Shown here: positions 9,876 to 20,314 of the stretch, piece after piece | Position numbering within the stretch: the stretch's first letter is position 1 | Layout: each line of letters opens with the position of its first letter | Assembly: GCA_963832835.1 (NCBI GenBank) | Contig: CAWHVD010000001.1 | Span: 1,707,779 to 1,771,778, forward strand | Length of the DNA: 64,000 nt | Reading direction: 5' to 3' | From: an uncultured Chlamydiales bacterium | GTDB lineage: Bacteria; Chlamydiota; Chlamydiia; Chlamydiales; JAAKFR01 | Program-made: the position numbers and the translations under genes | Notes under the pieces: generated by a model | What the model was told of the DNA's origin: nothing | The model's input: only the letters and a program-made list of their open reading frames with translations | Databases searched by the model: none

Positions 9876-10757
9876 TCAAACATTGTATACCATTTTCTTC
9901 TTTCGGGCCAGGACTATCATATGAGTCATCGCAGAATTCCCCCATAGAAGCTTAGACAGGTGCTCTGCTTGCAAAAGAAAGAAGCGGCTGTTTTTGATCC
10001 GGTTCTTAAGACCTGAGAGGAGCCATGCAATAGGATTCCATATAGATGCTAAAAATGGACACGAATTCAGTGCGAACCACAAGCGTCCAAACCCATCCCT
10101 TTTTTGAAGCTGAGCTCGGCGATATTCAGAAGATTTTCCGGCTCGTACAAAACGAGTAGGAGCCTCGAGCCATCGAGATAGGTGAAAATGGAGGCGATGG
10201 TAGCTATAAACAGTGGCCATAACCTCAAATTCTGTTTCCACAAGCTGGAGAAAGTGGGAATCAGGATCCCAGGAATAGACATCGAGAGGAGTAGAGATAA
10301 GCAGCCAGCCTTCACGCTGCACAAGACGGGCCAATTCAGAAAGGGTGAGGCGGTGTAGATGCGTATCAATCGAGGCAATGGTGTCGGTCAGGACCAAACC
10401 ATCAAAGCTCGCATCCACAAAAGGAAGGTGGGGAATATAGGCCTGTTTACACACAACCTGAGGATGATTGAGACGCTGCAAAAACGACAAAGACGCATCA
10501 ACCGCAGTGACATGCGCTTGCAGATCCGCCAACTTTAAAGCGATGGAACCGGTGCCACAACCGATGTCTGCAATGCGTGTGCCGCACATTTCTGTATATT
10601 GAACCAATAGTGTTAGTGTACGGTGAACGCGCTCTCTCTCTAAGACCGTTCGATTGGGATCGAGCTTGTCAAAGGGGATTTTTTCACACGCTTGGCGCAC
10701 CCTTTCTGCATAAAGTTGCTTTTGCGATAAGGGCTCAATTAGATTGAGGTTGCGCAT
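9876..10757 (-). CDS. Class I SAM-dependent methyltransferase
   Basis: IADIGCGTG, VTAVD, LPF.DASFD, L.ELARLV..EG motifs. Confidence 0.85.
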   Translation of the reverse strand: MRNLNLIEPLSQKQLYAERVRQACEKIPFDKLDPNRTVLERERVHRTLTLLVQYTEMCGTRIADIGCGTGSIALKLADLQAHVTAVDASLSFLQRLNHPQVVCKQAYIPHLPFVDASFDGLVLTDTIASIDTHLHRLTLSELARLVQREGWLLISTPLDVYSWDPDSHFLQLVETEFEVMATVYSYHRLHFHLSRWLEAPTRFVRAGKSSEYRRAQLQKRDGFGRLWFALNSCPFLASIWNPIAWLLSGLKNRIKNSRFFLLQAEHLSKLLWGNSAMTHMIVLARKKKMVYNV

Positions 10758-11394
10758 TTTCCCAATTCCGAAAAGCTCGTTCTTGATTCACCATTTCTTT
10801 TCTAAGGGCCATTTCAGGATTGATTTTTCTGTGCCGCGCTTGCCTAACAAGTTCCCAAAGTAGCTCTCCTAATTCCTCTTCGCTTGTAAACAATTTCTGA
10901 TCTTCGTTGACATCAAACCCAGCCTTGTCCATTTTTCCCGTTATTTTGTAGGCGCGACTCAATGCTGGCAATCCTTTTGGAATCCCATCAAGAAGGCTTT
11001 TACGATGGCTTTTTTCTTCTTGCTTGATCTTCTCCCATTGCTCCATCACAGCAGCGCTATCAGCTAATTTATTCTCCCCAAATACATGGGGATGACGGAG
11101 GATCAGCTTGTCACAGATTCTACCAATGGCTTCTTGAGTGGTAAACCGCCCCTCCATTTCCCCAAGTTTACAAAAAAATATGACATTATAAAGCAAATCG
11201 CCTAGCTCCTCGATCAGGTCAATATCACTTCCCTCATCGACCGCCTCGATCACTTCGCACGCCTCTTCTAAAATGGACTCGCGCATGGATACCAATGTTT
11301 GCTGCCGGTCCCAAGGGCACCCATCGGGCCCCATGAGCGTATCCGAAAGATTGAGTAATCTTTTAAAAAATTCTGAAGCAACTTGATTTGTCAT
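10735..11394 (-). CDS. mazG: MazG nucleotide pyrophosphohydrolase
   Basis: GCPWDRQQT, EE..EV.EA, EELGDLL, RHPHVF. Confidence 0.95.
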   Translation of the reverse strand: MTNQVASEFFKRLLNLSDTLMGPDGCPWDRQQTLVSMRESILEEACEVIEAVDEGSDIDLIEELGDLLYNVIFFCKLGEMEGRFTTQEAIGRICDKLILRHPHVFGENKLADSAAVMEQWEKIKQEEKSHRKSLLDGIPKGLPALSRAYKITGKMDKAGFDVNEDQKLFTSEEELGELLWELVRQARHRKINPEMALRKEMVNQERAFRNWENAQPQSN

Positions 11395-11471
11395 GGCTTT
11401 TCTTTAATTGTTTTCTACGCAAAAATCTGGTATCAGTTTAGATGCTAACACTTAAATAGAAAGTAAAATTT

Positions 11472-14400
11472 ATGTTTGATCCTGGTATACGTGACCAACT
11501 AGATGTTGAACAAGCCCGAAGTAACTCGTCTGTGTTTTCAACGGCGTGGGGCTATGTTCCAGGCAGAGAATCATTGGGAACAGCTTGGAGTTATGTTCCA
11601 GGCAGAGAGTCATTGGGAAGAGCTTGGAATCATATGCCTAATATCCCAGGGGTAGGGACCGTTCGTGCGGTCATGCAAACTTCCCAGAAAGTACAGGAAG
11701 TAATAGCTGATCCCACAGAATTTGCTACGCAAGTTGCAAAAGGAACGGGTCTAGGTATTATGGCTGCTCTTCAAGTACCGCCCCAGGCGCCAGGTGAACC
11801 CACTGCCGAGGATGAAGACACTGTGTCCTTAGCTCCCGCTGCTTTGTCTTCTCGCCTCTCCCAGATCTTGATGGGTGGTGTTTCTGCTGGCTCTTCGTTT
11901 GTGATGAAACAACTACTCGAAAATTCTGAAACCTATGATCTAGACCAGGAAGATGTCAATCTCCAAGCTGAAGCTATAAAAACCTTAACCAAAAACCAAA
12001 ACGTACAAAAATCACTTCCGGAAACGGCAAAGAGTGTGTGGAATACACTGAACAAATACCATATTCTTATTGGCGGGATTAACCTTAATATCAAAAACTC
12101 TTCCGACGAAAAAATGCGCGATGAGCGTGTAAAATCAGAGGGCCCCAACTTGGACGGTTACAGCCCGATCCACTCTTTGATGCAATGCCAGGAATCTTGG
12201 CGCACACTCCGTACTAACCATGCATTGAATTTAGTCAATCCCTCCCCTACCATCCCCTCTTCTAATTCCCGAAGAACACGCGTTCTTCAAACAGCAGAAG
12301 AGAAAGCACAAATAGAAGCCTTAGTGACTAAAACCGATACTTTGGTCAGCAATTTTTCTCAAAAGACCGTTCATTACGCGACGATGTACATCATACACCG
12401 TATCTGTAATCACAGCTTTGACCCTGCCATCTATCAACAAATCTTACAAGAGGGTGGAAACATTGAAGAGGCTTATCTCAAGAAATTTGACGGTCCGGTG
12501 CGTCGGATTTTATACAAAGCAGCATTCCGCACTATTGCTTGGTTCATCCGTCCCCTGATCGGCAAAACCATCGAAGAGGTTATTACCCATTTGCGTAAGT
12601 TCCTCAATAGCGACGTCGATCTTCTTCAACTTGTTCAGAAAAAAATGGGAGATATGGCTGACTACTATGGCAGGATTGAAAAAGCACGCTGCGATTATAC
12701 CCAACCCAATCGAAACGACGAATGCGGCACCTTTGACAATTTTCTTAAACACACAATCCAGGCTTATGGTCAGCAAAAATTGACTGAGGAAGAGCTCATG
12801 AAGATTTTTGGCGACTATATCGTCGATAACTTTGTTCCTCGACCCCAAATCAAATTTTTTGGCTACAAAATCCCTCTTATATCCAGTTTTTTCGAATGGA
12901 TCGGCCATTCGATCCGTAAAGCCGTTGTGCGGCATGCCATGAATAAAGCGGGCATCGTCAAAAAAATGCTCACTCAAGGAACCGATTCTGTTCATTATGC
13001 GCAGCTAGGACTTAAGCGCCTTTTGGCGCAAAAGCTAGATCAAGTCCTCAAGATGGTGCAACGATCGCGCTCACGCCCTGTTGTAGTTATGGATCCCCTG
13101 GTTGCTCAACCGGTGCAGCCTACCTCTCTTGATCTGGAAGCAAAAAAAACACAGCTCATCTCACGTCAATTGCATTTGATCATCCAACAGCATAGTTCCA
13201 AATTGCTTCGCTTTATTGATATTGAATCCTGCAATGGCGATGAGAGGAAGCTGGCCGATCTCGATAACCGTGTGAGCGCTCTTGTCTCAGAGATCATGAG
13301 CACCGCCAGTAACGTCTACAAAGGGGAGCCCTTCTCAATCGGTAAAGTTCTAGAAGATGCCTCCACACATGCGATGGAGACAGCCCTACTTGCCCTTTTC
13401 GAGGATAAGGAAAAGCAAATTGAGGAAAACCTACAAACCATTTTTGATGTTTTAGATAAATCCTACACTTACGTTCCCGAAAATGAGAGAGCTGATAGCG
13501 AAAGACAGTTTTTAGAAGAATGCGCACAGGTGGACCAAAACCTCAGCTCCTTGCAAGATCAACTCTCTCGGGCCGCAGTTGCAGCAGCTTTAGAATCGCA
13601 CTTAAAAAATGTGAGCGGTGAAAAGCACAATAACATTAAAAGTTATGTTCAAAATGAAAAAGAATTATATGCAAATTTCGTTCAAGAGCTAACACAGCTA
13701 GGTAACCAATTCAATATTGCCGACACTACTCAATCCAGCTCTTCTCCCCTCAAGGCAAGCGTCTCAAGAGCCATTTCGTTGATCGAGCAATACTTGTCCC
13801 ATATCTCAGCTCAACTGCCCAGTCCCGAATTAGAAGCTTGCTATAGTGATGTAAGAGGTGATTTGCATAATATTTACGCCTCTGCAATTGTCCATCTCAA
13901 TAAGCTGCACGAGAAAATGAATCAGATAGCCATCGCGATGAATACGATCAACAAAACAGAAGGTGAGATTGTAGACACAAACACCTGCGAAAAGGCGTTA
14001 CACAATTTTTCACTGGAGCGACCATTTCAAGAGACAATAGATACCTGCAAAGCTATCCAAACTCAACTTCCCCCTAGCATCCAAGAGGAGCTTAAGCAAA
14101 AATTAGAAGCTGTCATTGGGGATCGAGATACGCTTGAAAACACGATCGCCGAACTTACGACATTTGATCTTCGTGCAAAAGTAAATAAGACTCTGGGTGG
14201 ACTGAAGGAAAAACAAGCATTATTCGCACAAGCTAAGAACGAATTGGACTCCCTCAAACTGGAAAGCCGAGAATATCACGATTTACAAGGAACGAATAGT
14301 ACCTACCTAACACAAGAAGCTGTGGACCTAAGGAAAGCTGACTTGCTCGAAACTATCCAAAAACGCAGCAATTGGCTGAATCAAATTCAAGATGTTGATT

Positions 14401-14993
14401 TTAAGCGTGATATATCCCCTCATTTAGCTATTAAAATTACCAATCAGTTATACACTATTTTCTACCCCTCCTTTTTTGCCACAAAAGTTCCTATCTTTTC
14501 TAATTTGAGCGCATTGCAAGCCGGCGTCCAACAATGGATCGAAAAAAAAGAAACGGAGTTGGCAGAGCTTCCAGAAACTCCATCTATAAGAAAAGAGATT
14601 GAAGACAAAGAAGTGAAGCTCAGCGATCAGATCTTGAAGAGCATCAAAGCGATTCAAGAGAGACTACAGCAAAATCGGATCGCGCAACAGATGCAAGGGG
14701 ATGAGTTAAAAATTTTAATTACACAAATTCAAAAAGAAGCTTTTGAAGGCGAGAGCTTTACATCTTTGAGCCAGCTCACTGAGCATTTTACAGTCAAAGG
14801 GTGCATCTCTGTAGGAGAAATTAAACTCCACAACCGATTAGCCCCAGAGATCACAGCCCACATCGCGCCTAAAATTATCAAAGGAACACGCACCATGATT
14901 GATGCCATGGGAAAACCCTTTCACTACAAACAGCTTGTACTCAGGCTGCTCTTTCTTGACATTGCCGACCGTAGAGCCACTGACCAGGAATAA
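11472..14993 (+). CDS. Large helical/coiled-coil hypothetical protein, candidate effector
   Basis: 1173-aa ORF; N-terminal 13-aa tandem repeat; no recognisable enzyme motif. Confidence 0.8.
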   Translation: MFDPGIRDQLDVEQARSNSSVFSTAWGYVPGRESLGTAWSYVPGRESLGRAWNHMPNIPGVGTVRAVMQTSQKVQEVIADPTEFATQVAKGTGLGIMAALQVPPQAPGEPTAEDEDTVSLAPAALSSRLSQILMGGVSAGSSFVMKQLLENSETYDLDQEDVNLQAEAIKTLTKNQNVQKSLPETAKSVWNTLNKYHILIGGINLNIKNSSDEKMRDERVKSEGPNLDGYSPIHSLMQCQESWRTLRTNHALNLVNPSPTIPSSNSRRTRVLQTAEEKAQIEALVTKTDTLVSNFSQKTVHYATMYIIHRICNHSFDPAIYQQILQEGGNIEEAYLKKFDGPVRRILYKAAFRTIAWFIRPLIGKTIEEVITHLRKFLNSDVDLLQLVQKKMGDMADYYGRIEKARCDYTQPNRNDECGTFDNFLKHTIQAYGQQKLTEEELMKIFGDYIVDNFVPRPQIKFFGYKIPLISSFFEWIGHSIRKAVVRHAMNKAGIVKKMLTQGTDSVHYAQLGLKRLLAQKLDQVLKMVQRSRSRPVVVMDPLVAQPVQPTSLDLEAKKTQLISRQLHLIIQQHSSKLLRFIDIESCNGDERKLADLDNRVSALVSEIMSTASNVYKGEPFSIGKVLEDASTHAMETALLALFEDKEKQIEENLQTIFDVLDKSYTYVPENERADSERQFLEECAQVDQNLSSLQDQLSRAAVAAALESHLKNVSGEKHNNIKSYVQNEKELYANFVQELTQLGNQFNIADTTQSSSSPLKASVSRAISLIEQYLSHISAQLPSPELEACYSDVRGDLHNIYASAIVHLNKLHEKMNQIAIAMNTINKTEGEIVDTNTCEKALHNFSLERPFQETIDTCKAIQTQLPPSIQEELKQKLEAVIGDRDTLENTIAELTTFDLRAKVNKTLGGLKEKQALFAQAKNELDSLKLESREYHDLQGTNSTYLTQEAVDLRKADLLETIQKRSNWLNQIQDVDFKRDISPHLAIKITNQLYTIFYPSFFATKVPIFSNLSALQAGVQQWIEKKETELAELPETPSIRKEIEDKEVKLSDQILKSIKAIQERLQQNRIAQQMQGDELKILITQIQKEAFEGESFTSLSQLTEHFTVKGCISVGEIKLHNRLAPEITAHIAPKIIKGTRTMIDAMGKPFHYKQLVLRLLFLDIADRRATDQE
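11541..11627 (+). repeat. 39-bp coding tandem repeat (about 2.2 units)
   Basis: TAWGYVPGRESLG / TAWSYVPGRESLG / RAW. Confidence 0.85.
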
Positions 14994-15154
14994 TACCATT
15001 TCCAGAAAATAAAGTCACAAATTGGCACTATATAACACGCCATTTTTGAATGATCCTTTCTCACTTAGGTGCAAAAACATAGGCTTCGAAACGATCATCC
15101 AAATCTGTCATGTTACCCAGTACCACTTCATGGCTTTATTTTCTGGAAATGGTA
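14994..15154. mobile_element. MITE-A copy 5
   Basis: 161 bp, begins right after the TAA stop of 11472..14993; flanks TAA / TTA. Confidence 0.9.
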
Positions 15155-15160
15155 TTATTC

Positions 15161-16240
15161 CTAATGATAGAGGGCTTCCATCTGATCGAGCATGTGATTG
15201 AGGGTAAAACGCTCTTTTACTAGGGCATGTGCAGCTTCTCCCATAGACTGACGTAAATGAGGGTCATTGGCCAAGCGCAAAACTGCTTCTGAGACGCCTT
15301 GAGGGTTATATTTCGGTACTTGAAATCCTGTTTGTCCCTCTAAGCACACTTCCGGTAGCCCACCTACATTTGTGGTCACCAGAGGCTTTCTAAGCCACGC
15401 GGCTTGCAAGCTCGCTTGGCTCACTCCCTCATGACCACGACTAAGCAGCGCAAAAACATCCATTGCTGCCAACGCCGTGTAGGGTGATGAGAGATAGCCT
15501 GTAAAGATGACGTTTTTTTCCAACCCCAACATCTTCCATTCTGCCCGCAACTGATCCCCGCTCGGACCAGACCCGACCACCACCCATTTCAAATGGGGGA
15601 CATGCTCAAGCAACTTGGCTGCATGCAATAGATCCGTTACACCTTTCCAACCTCGTAAGACACATAGCGTTCCGACCAAACAATCGGTTTCACTAATGCC
15701 ATGCTCTTTCCGAAATTGCAAGGCTGCTTGGGGGTCATCAGTAATTTGCGAAGGATCAATCCCCGTTGGCACTGAAAAGCAGCGCTCCGGTGATAGATGA
15801 GCCTGAGCACGAATGGTGGTAGCTGTCTCTTCACATGTTGTGACGACATAATCGGCAAGCCAGTTATAAAGAATACGACTGTTAAATCCTCTACGGACAG
15901 CTGTAGAAAGATGGCGGGTACGAATCACCAGACAACCACTCATTTTTCCTGCAAGACCTGCGAGCCATGCATCTAAAGATGAGTGGGTATTAATAATTTC
16001 TATGCCCTCGGTGCGGATCATGCGCATCAACTGGTAAAAGATCTGAGGAGCCTTAGCTTTTTTGAAAGGGATTTCGTAAACAGATAGTCCACTTGCCCGA
16101 GCAGGCTCTACAAGTCCGCCACCTTCTTGGACTGCAAGAATCACCTCATGGCCACGCTTACGCATCCCTTCCGCCTCACGTAAAATCCGTAACTCTTGTC
16201 CACCCCAACCTGGAGAGGCTTCGGTATGCAAAATTTTCAT
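15161..16240 (-). CDS. GT4-family glycosyltransferase
   Basis: MKILH...GGQE start overlapping the mutY stop (ATGA); KG, EG and TNVGGLPE GT-B motifs. Confidence 0.9.
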   Translation of the reverse strand: MKILHTEASPGWGGQELRILREAEGMRKRGHEVILAVQEGGGLVEPARASGLSVYEIPFKKAKAPQIFYQLMRMIRTEGIEIINTHSSLDAWLAGLAGKMSGCLVIRTRHLSTAVRRGFNSRILYNWLADYVVTTCEETATTIRAQAHLSPERCFSVPTGIDPSQITDDPQAALQFRKEHGISETDCLVGTLCVLRGWKGVTDLLHAAKLLEHVPHLKWVVVGSGPSGDQLRAEWKMLGLEKNVIFTGYLSSPYTALAAMDVFALLSRGHEGVSQASLQAAWLRKPLVTTNVGGLPEVCLEGQTGFQVPKYNPQGVSEAVLRLANDPHLRQSMGEAAHALVKERFTLNHMLDQMEALYH

Positions 16241-17385
16241 ATATCCATTCCTGCCTTGATCAAATACGCCTTGCCTCGACATTCCGGCGGCTCGTGAATA
16301 GTGACAAAATACTGCTCTAAAATCCGTTTATGCCCGGAGGAAAAAGGAAGCTTTTTCATTTCCTCCTTAGTTTTCCATAAATAGGTTTCCAAAGGAGCAC
16401 TCGTTTCCAGCACATGAGGAAATAGCTGTGCTCGGTAACGTGTAAATGAATGTCGCTGCATAGGTAGGGCTCTCTGATAGTTTAATGGCATTCCACAAGC
16501 TCTTTCAAATTGCTCAGTGAGCCGAGAAACAGACTCTTTTGCCAGTTCCTGCCCATTTGCTTGCTCAATAAAGGGAAATTCATATAGGTCGGCCATCAAT
16601 TTACCTGCTACTCCTTTTTGCACAGCATACCTCTGAGCGCATTGGATGACTGCCACATGGCGCCTCAGCTCTATGCACTGCGGCCGAGCTCGCTTTTTGG
16701 GCAGTATGTCCTGCAACTGATTACGGTAGGCCCCACAATCTTTTTGTAAAGGACAATCGCTACACTTGGCTTTTTTTGTACAGATGAGCGCGCCCAGCTC
16801 AATTAACCCCTCACTCAAAAGCCACGGTTCTTTTTCGGGCAAAATACCTTCGGCATAAGCTTGGAGCCTTTTCTTAACCTGTGGCAGATCAATTTCCTCC
16901 TCACAGGCTAAAAACCGACTCAACACCCTTAAGACATTACCATCTACAGCCGCCGCTTTTTGCTTAAAAGCAAAGCTCAAAAGTGCGCCCTGTGTATAGG
17001 GTCCTATGCCAGGTATTTCTGATAAGGCTTCCGCGCTGCTTGGAAACTCACCACCAAAGCAATCGACAATCTTTTTGGCACCTTGGTGTAGATTGCGAGC
17101 GCGTGAATAATACCCCAATCCCTCCCAACATTTCAGCACTTTTTCAAGGGAAGCCTCCCCAAGCGCCCCAATCGTAGGAAAAGCCAGCATCCATTTTTCA
17201 AAATAGGGTACTACTACAGCTACCTGGGTTTGCTGCAGCATCACCTCTGAAATCCAGACCCGGTAAGGAGTGGGACGCTCGCGCCAGGGCAACACCCGCC
17301 TGTTGGCAACAAACCATTCTTTGAGAACATCAGTTGGAAATTTTAGCAAATTTTGGTACCTTTCCGAGGTCCAAGAGTATACCAT
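16237..17385 (-). CDS. mutY: A/G-specific adenine glycosylase (start uncertain)
   Basis: LPWR, WISEVMLQQTQV, WEGLGYYSRARNL, HhH PGIGPYT, VDGNV, 4-Cys FeS motif. Confidence 0.95.
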   Translation of the reverse strand: MVYSWTSERYQNLLKFPTDVLKEWFVANRRVLPWRERPTPYRVWISEVMLQQTQVAVVVPYFEKWMLAFPTIGALGEASLEKVLKCWEGLGYYSRARNLHQGAKKIVDCFGGEFPSSAEALSEIPGIGPYTQGALLSFAFKQKAAAVDGNVLRVLSRFLACEEEIDLPQVKKRLQAYAEGILPEKEPWLLSEGLIELGALICTKKAKCSDCPLQKDCGAYRNQLQDILPKKRARPQCIELRRHVAVIQCAQRYAVQKGVAGKLMADLYEFPFIEQANGQELAKESVSRLTEQFERACGMPLNYQRALPMQRHSFTRYRAQLFPHVLETSAPLETYLWKTKEEMKKLPFSSGHKRILEQYFVTIHEPPECRGKAYLIKAGMDI

Positions 17386-17393
17386 ACTTTTTT

Positions 17394-18479
17394 ATGGCAA
17401 GAAAAGCGATTTTTGTAGCTGCAACAGGGCAAAATGTAGGTAAAACGACTATCTGCCTGGGGATGATTGCTACCCTAAAAAAACGTTTTCCCCTTCTCGG
17501 TTTTATGAAACCGGTCGGCCAGCAGCATGAAAAGGTCATTGGTAATCTCCTTGTCGATAAAGACGTCGTTCTCTTTAAGGAATATTTCCATCTTCCATCA
17601 CGCTATGAAGACATGAGTCCCGTCATTTTTCCAAGGGGGTTTACGCGTGATTTTCTTGACGGTAAAATCCAGGAATCGGATTTAAAAGCAAAAATCCATG
17701 ACGCATTCGACACTATCTCTTCATCCAACGATTTTACCATCGTAGAGGGAACCGGACATGTGGGTGTCGGATCGATTGTGAATCTCAACAATGCCCGCGT
17801 TGCAGCCTCTTTAGGACTAGATGTGGTGATTATTGCAAAAGGTGGTCTTGGTAGCGCATTTGACGAACTGGCACTCAACAAGGCTTTATGTGACCAATTA
17901 GGAATTAAAATCGGGGGAGTGATTCTTAACCGAGTCCTGGACGACAAACGGGAGATGATCCTGGGCTACTTCAATAAAGCCTTAAAAAGATGGAACATCC
18001 CTTTGATCGGTTGCGTCCCTTATGATCAATTCCTTAGCACACCTTCTATGGAAGATTTTGAAACCCTTTTTAAAACAAAATTATTATCAGGTGAGCAGTA
18101 CCACTATCGCCACTTCCAAACAATCCGGCTAGTGGCCACTTCTTTAGAAACCTTTCGAGAAAGAATCTTTCCCAACCAGCTGATCGTCACTCCAGCCACA
18201 CGCGAGGACATCATCCTGGAATTAATTGCGCAGCGTCATGATCTGTCCCATGAACCGCAGCAGGGATTGATCCTGACAGGACGCCATCCTCCCAAACCCT
18301 CTCTTGTAGAACTTTTAAAAAAAACTCATCTTCCCAGTCTTTACGCAGCCCATACCAGCTTCGATGCGATGCGGATGATCACTTCATTTACCGCTAAAAT
18401 CCGTAAAGAAGATATTTCAAAGGTCAAAAAAGCAATTGAAGTAGTTGAAAAACACCTCGACTTTTCTTTAATTATCTGA
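17394..18479 (+). CDS. BioD-like AAA_26 + DRTGG protein (phosphotransacetylase N-terminal-like)
   Basis: ATGQNVGKTT P-loop, MKPVG, VEGTGH, GVILNRV, LILTG. Confidence 0.85.
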   Translation: MARKAIFVAATGQNVGKTTICLGMIATLKKRFPLLGFMKPVGQQHEKVIGNLLVDKDVVLFKEYFHLPSRYEDMSPVIFPRGFTRDFLDGKIQESDLKAKIHDAFDTISSSNDFTIVEGTGHVGVGSIVNLNNARVAASLGLDVVIIAKGGLGSAFDELALNKALCDQLGIKIGGVILNRVLDDKREMILGYFNKALKRWNIPLIGCVPYDQFLSTPSMEDFETLFKTKLLSGEQYHYRHFQTIRLVATSLETFRERIFPNQLIVTPATREDIILELIAQRHDLSHEPQQGLILTGRHPPKPSLVELLKKTHLPSLYAAHTSFDAMRMITSFTAKIRKEDISKVKKAIEVVEKHLDFSLII

Positions 18480-18513
18480 TATATTACGACTTAAATGAAA
18501 TTAGGGGCGGTAT

Positions 18514-19323
18514 TTGATGAGTTCAATTGAACAAACATCTTCAGAATCCATAATAACTCCGCCCCCTAATACCCTTTGGGAAACTCATTCGCCAACCTGT
18601 GGTACAGATCTTGTGCTCAAAAAAATAGCTGTCGCCATCATTGGCCTGCTCAATTTGGCGGCTCTGGGTACCGCCCTTTACTATATTATTTCCTATTGTC
18701 CTATCCCCTCTCAAGCTATTGTAGCCTCTCCATTTATAGTGGGGGTACTGGGAGCCTTAACGTACATTAAATTCCCGACCTGTAGTATTACAGAGAAAAA
18801 TTACACCTCTTATGTCAACCCTACCGCTTTGATCGGAAAGGGACTGGCCTACCTTTTCTTTGGACCTCTCATGTATGCCGTTAAGCATATCGATTGGACT
18901 CCCTACCACGATCCTATTTGCGCAACCCGTGTCTCAAACGACCTGAAAGAACTACCATTTGATCAAGTTACAAGAAAATACGGGGACAACTTCAACAACC
19001 TCATTCGCTACGGTTTTATTCCCGAGGATAAGCGAGTAGAACTTCAACATCTCCATAAAGAATATCAGCCTATAAAAGACGCAGTAGACTTCTGGCAACA
19101 GGAAAAGATGGAAAAAAGTGAGGTTTACGCGCAGGCAATGGTAAATCAAGCGGCAATTGAAGAGAAGTGGACGGATTTTAAGCAAAACACTGTGCATCCT
19201 TTCCCCTCACCCGATTTGCCAGATTATGATTTTACGCAATCATCCACGCACGTGATGCTCTGGATGCGCCAGCATTTCTGCTTCAACCAGCCGATCGATG
19301 TCTTGAGTGCTCTTGAGACATAA
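18514..19323 (+). CDS. Hypothetical membrane protein, Inc-like hydrophobic hairpin
   Basis: 269-aa ORF, S/T/P-rich N-terminus then two hydrophobic segments. Confidence 0.7.
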   Translation: MMSSIEQTSSESIITPPPNTLWETHSPTCGTDLVLKKIAVAIIGLLNLAALGTALYYIISYCPIPSQAIVASPFIVGVLGALTYIKFPTCSITEKNYTSYVNPTALIGKGLAYLFFGPLMYAVKHIDWTPYHDPICATRVSNDLKELPFDQVTRKYGDNFNNLIRYGFIPEDKRVELQHLHKEYQPIKDAVDFWQQEKMEKSEVYAQAMVNQAAIEEKWTDFKQNTVHPFPSPDLPDYDFTQSSTHVMLWMRQHFCFNQPIDVLSALET

Positions 19324-20292
19324 TCCTGTCGCGCATGTTCTCAATTGAGGACATCTCTTTTCAAAATGAACTCCATAAGGACACACCCCCTGGATAGTAC
19401 TGTGGCGGCTTCCAAGAGGACGGTACTTTTCAGCAGATGAGGGGCCAAAAAAACTCAGCGTTGGCGTTTTTGTCGTACCACATAAATGCAGCGGCAGCGA
19501 ATCCATCGCTATAACCAAGCGGCTACGAGCCATCACATGCTGAAGAAGTGGTAAGCTCAATTTCTCCAAAACAGAACTGGCTGGAAAATGAGCTGCAAGA
19601 CGAATCGCTTGGCTCCTCTCGGCCAGGTTGCCCCAGACAAACCAATAAGGACCTTTATTCACCCGGCGCAGCACCTGTACTAGCCCCTCTTCAGATAAAC
19701 ATTTATTGGACCAGGCCGCAGAAGGACACACCAAAGTGGGCTGAGAGTCTTGAGAAAAGAGATCGGAGAGTCTCTGCTGCTGCAAAGAGTCGACTTTTAA
19801 AGAAAAGGGTCTTGGCCGGTAGGGCTCGGGATCCTTAAAATACCCTTGGGCGAGCGCTAGATAATCCTCACGGATATTACGACCAGCCGGCGGATTCATC
19901 TTGTGATGGGTAAAGAGGCACGCCGGCCATTCTGCTGCCGTTTTCCATCCGAATCCCACTTTATTATTTGCCCGTGCACTTGCCACTATCAGGCTCGATT
20001 TGACGTTACCCTGGAAGTCAAAAAGAACATCATAAAAAGTTTCGCGCACGGCCCTGCGCGAAATGAGCATCTGTTGAATGGACCCTTTGCTTAAAGGGGC
20101 ATGGCGCCACTTCTTGCTATCGATCGTCAAAACCCTGTCGACAAAGGGGTGAGCTCGCACCAGCTCAGCAAACGCACTTTCCACAACCCAATGCACCTCC
20201 ATTTCAGGAGAGCGTTGCTTCAGATAATCAAGAACCGAAAAAGTCTGGATAATATCGCCCAGACTCGATGTTTTGACAATTAAGACTTTCAT
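19240..20292 (-). CDS. waaC: GT9 glycosyltransferase, heptosyltransferase I-like
   Basis: MKVLIVKTSSLGDII, DFQG..KS, MDSLPLHL, FFGPS. Confidence 0.8.
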   Translation of the reverse strand: MKVLIVKTSSLGDIIQTFSVLDYLKQRSPEMEVHWVVESAFAELVRAHPFVDRVLTIDSKKWRHAPLSKGSIQQMLISRRAVRETFYDVLFDFQGNVKSSLIVASARANNKVGFGWKTAAEWPACLFTHHKMNPPAGRNIREDYLALAQGYFKDPEPYRPRPFSLKVDSLQQQRLSDLFSQDSQPTLVCPSAAWSNKCLSEEGLVQVLRRVNKGPYWFVWGNLAERSQAIRLAAHFPASSVLEKLSLPLLQHVMARSRLVIAMDSLPLHLCGTTKTPTLSFFGPSSAEKYRPLGSRHSTIQGVCPYGVHFEKRCPQLRTCATGLCLKSTQDIDRLVEAEMLAHPEHHVRG

Positions 20293-20314
20293 CGCGTAGA
20301 ATTTTAAACCATTA

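Noticed and set aside
9757-9945. 62-aa ORF on the minus strand
   Set aside because: It overlaps the SRP RNA and the end of the methyltransferase gene; the RNA explains the sequence.
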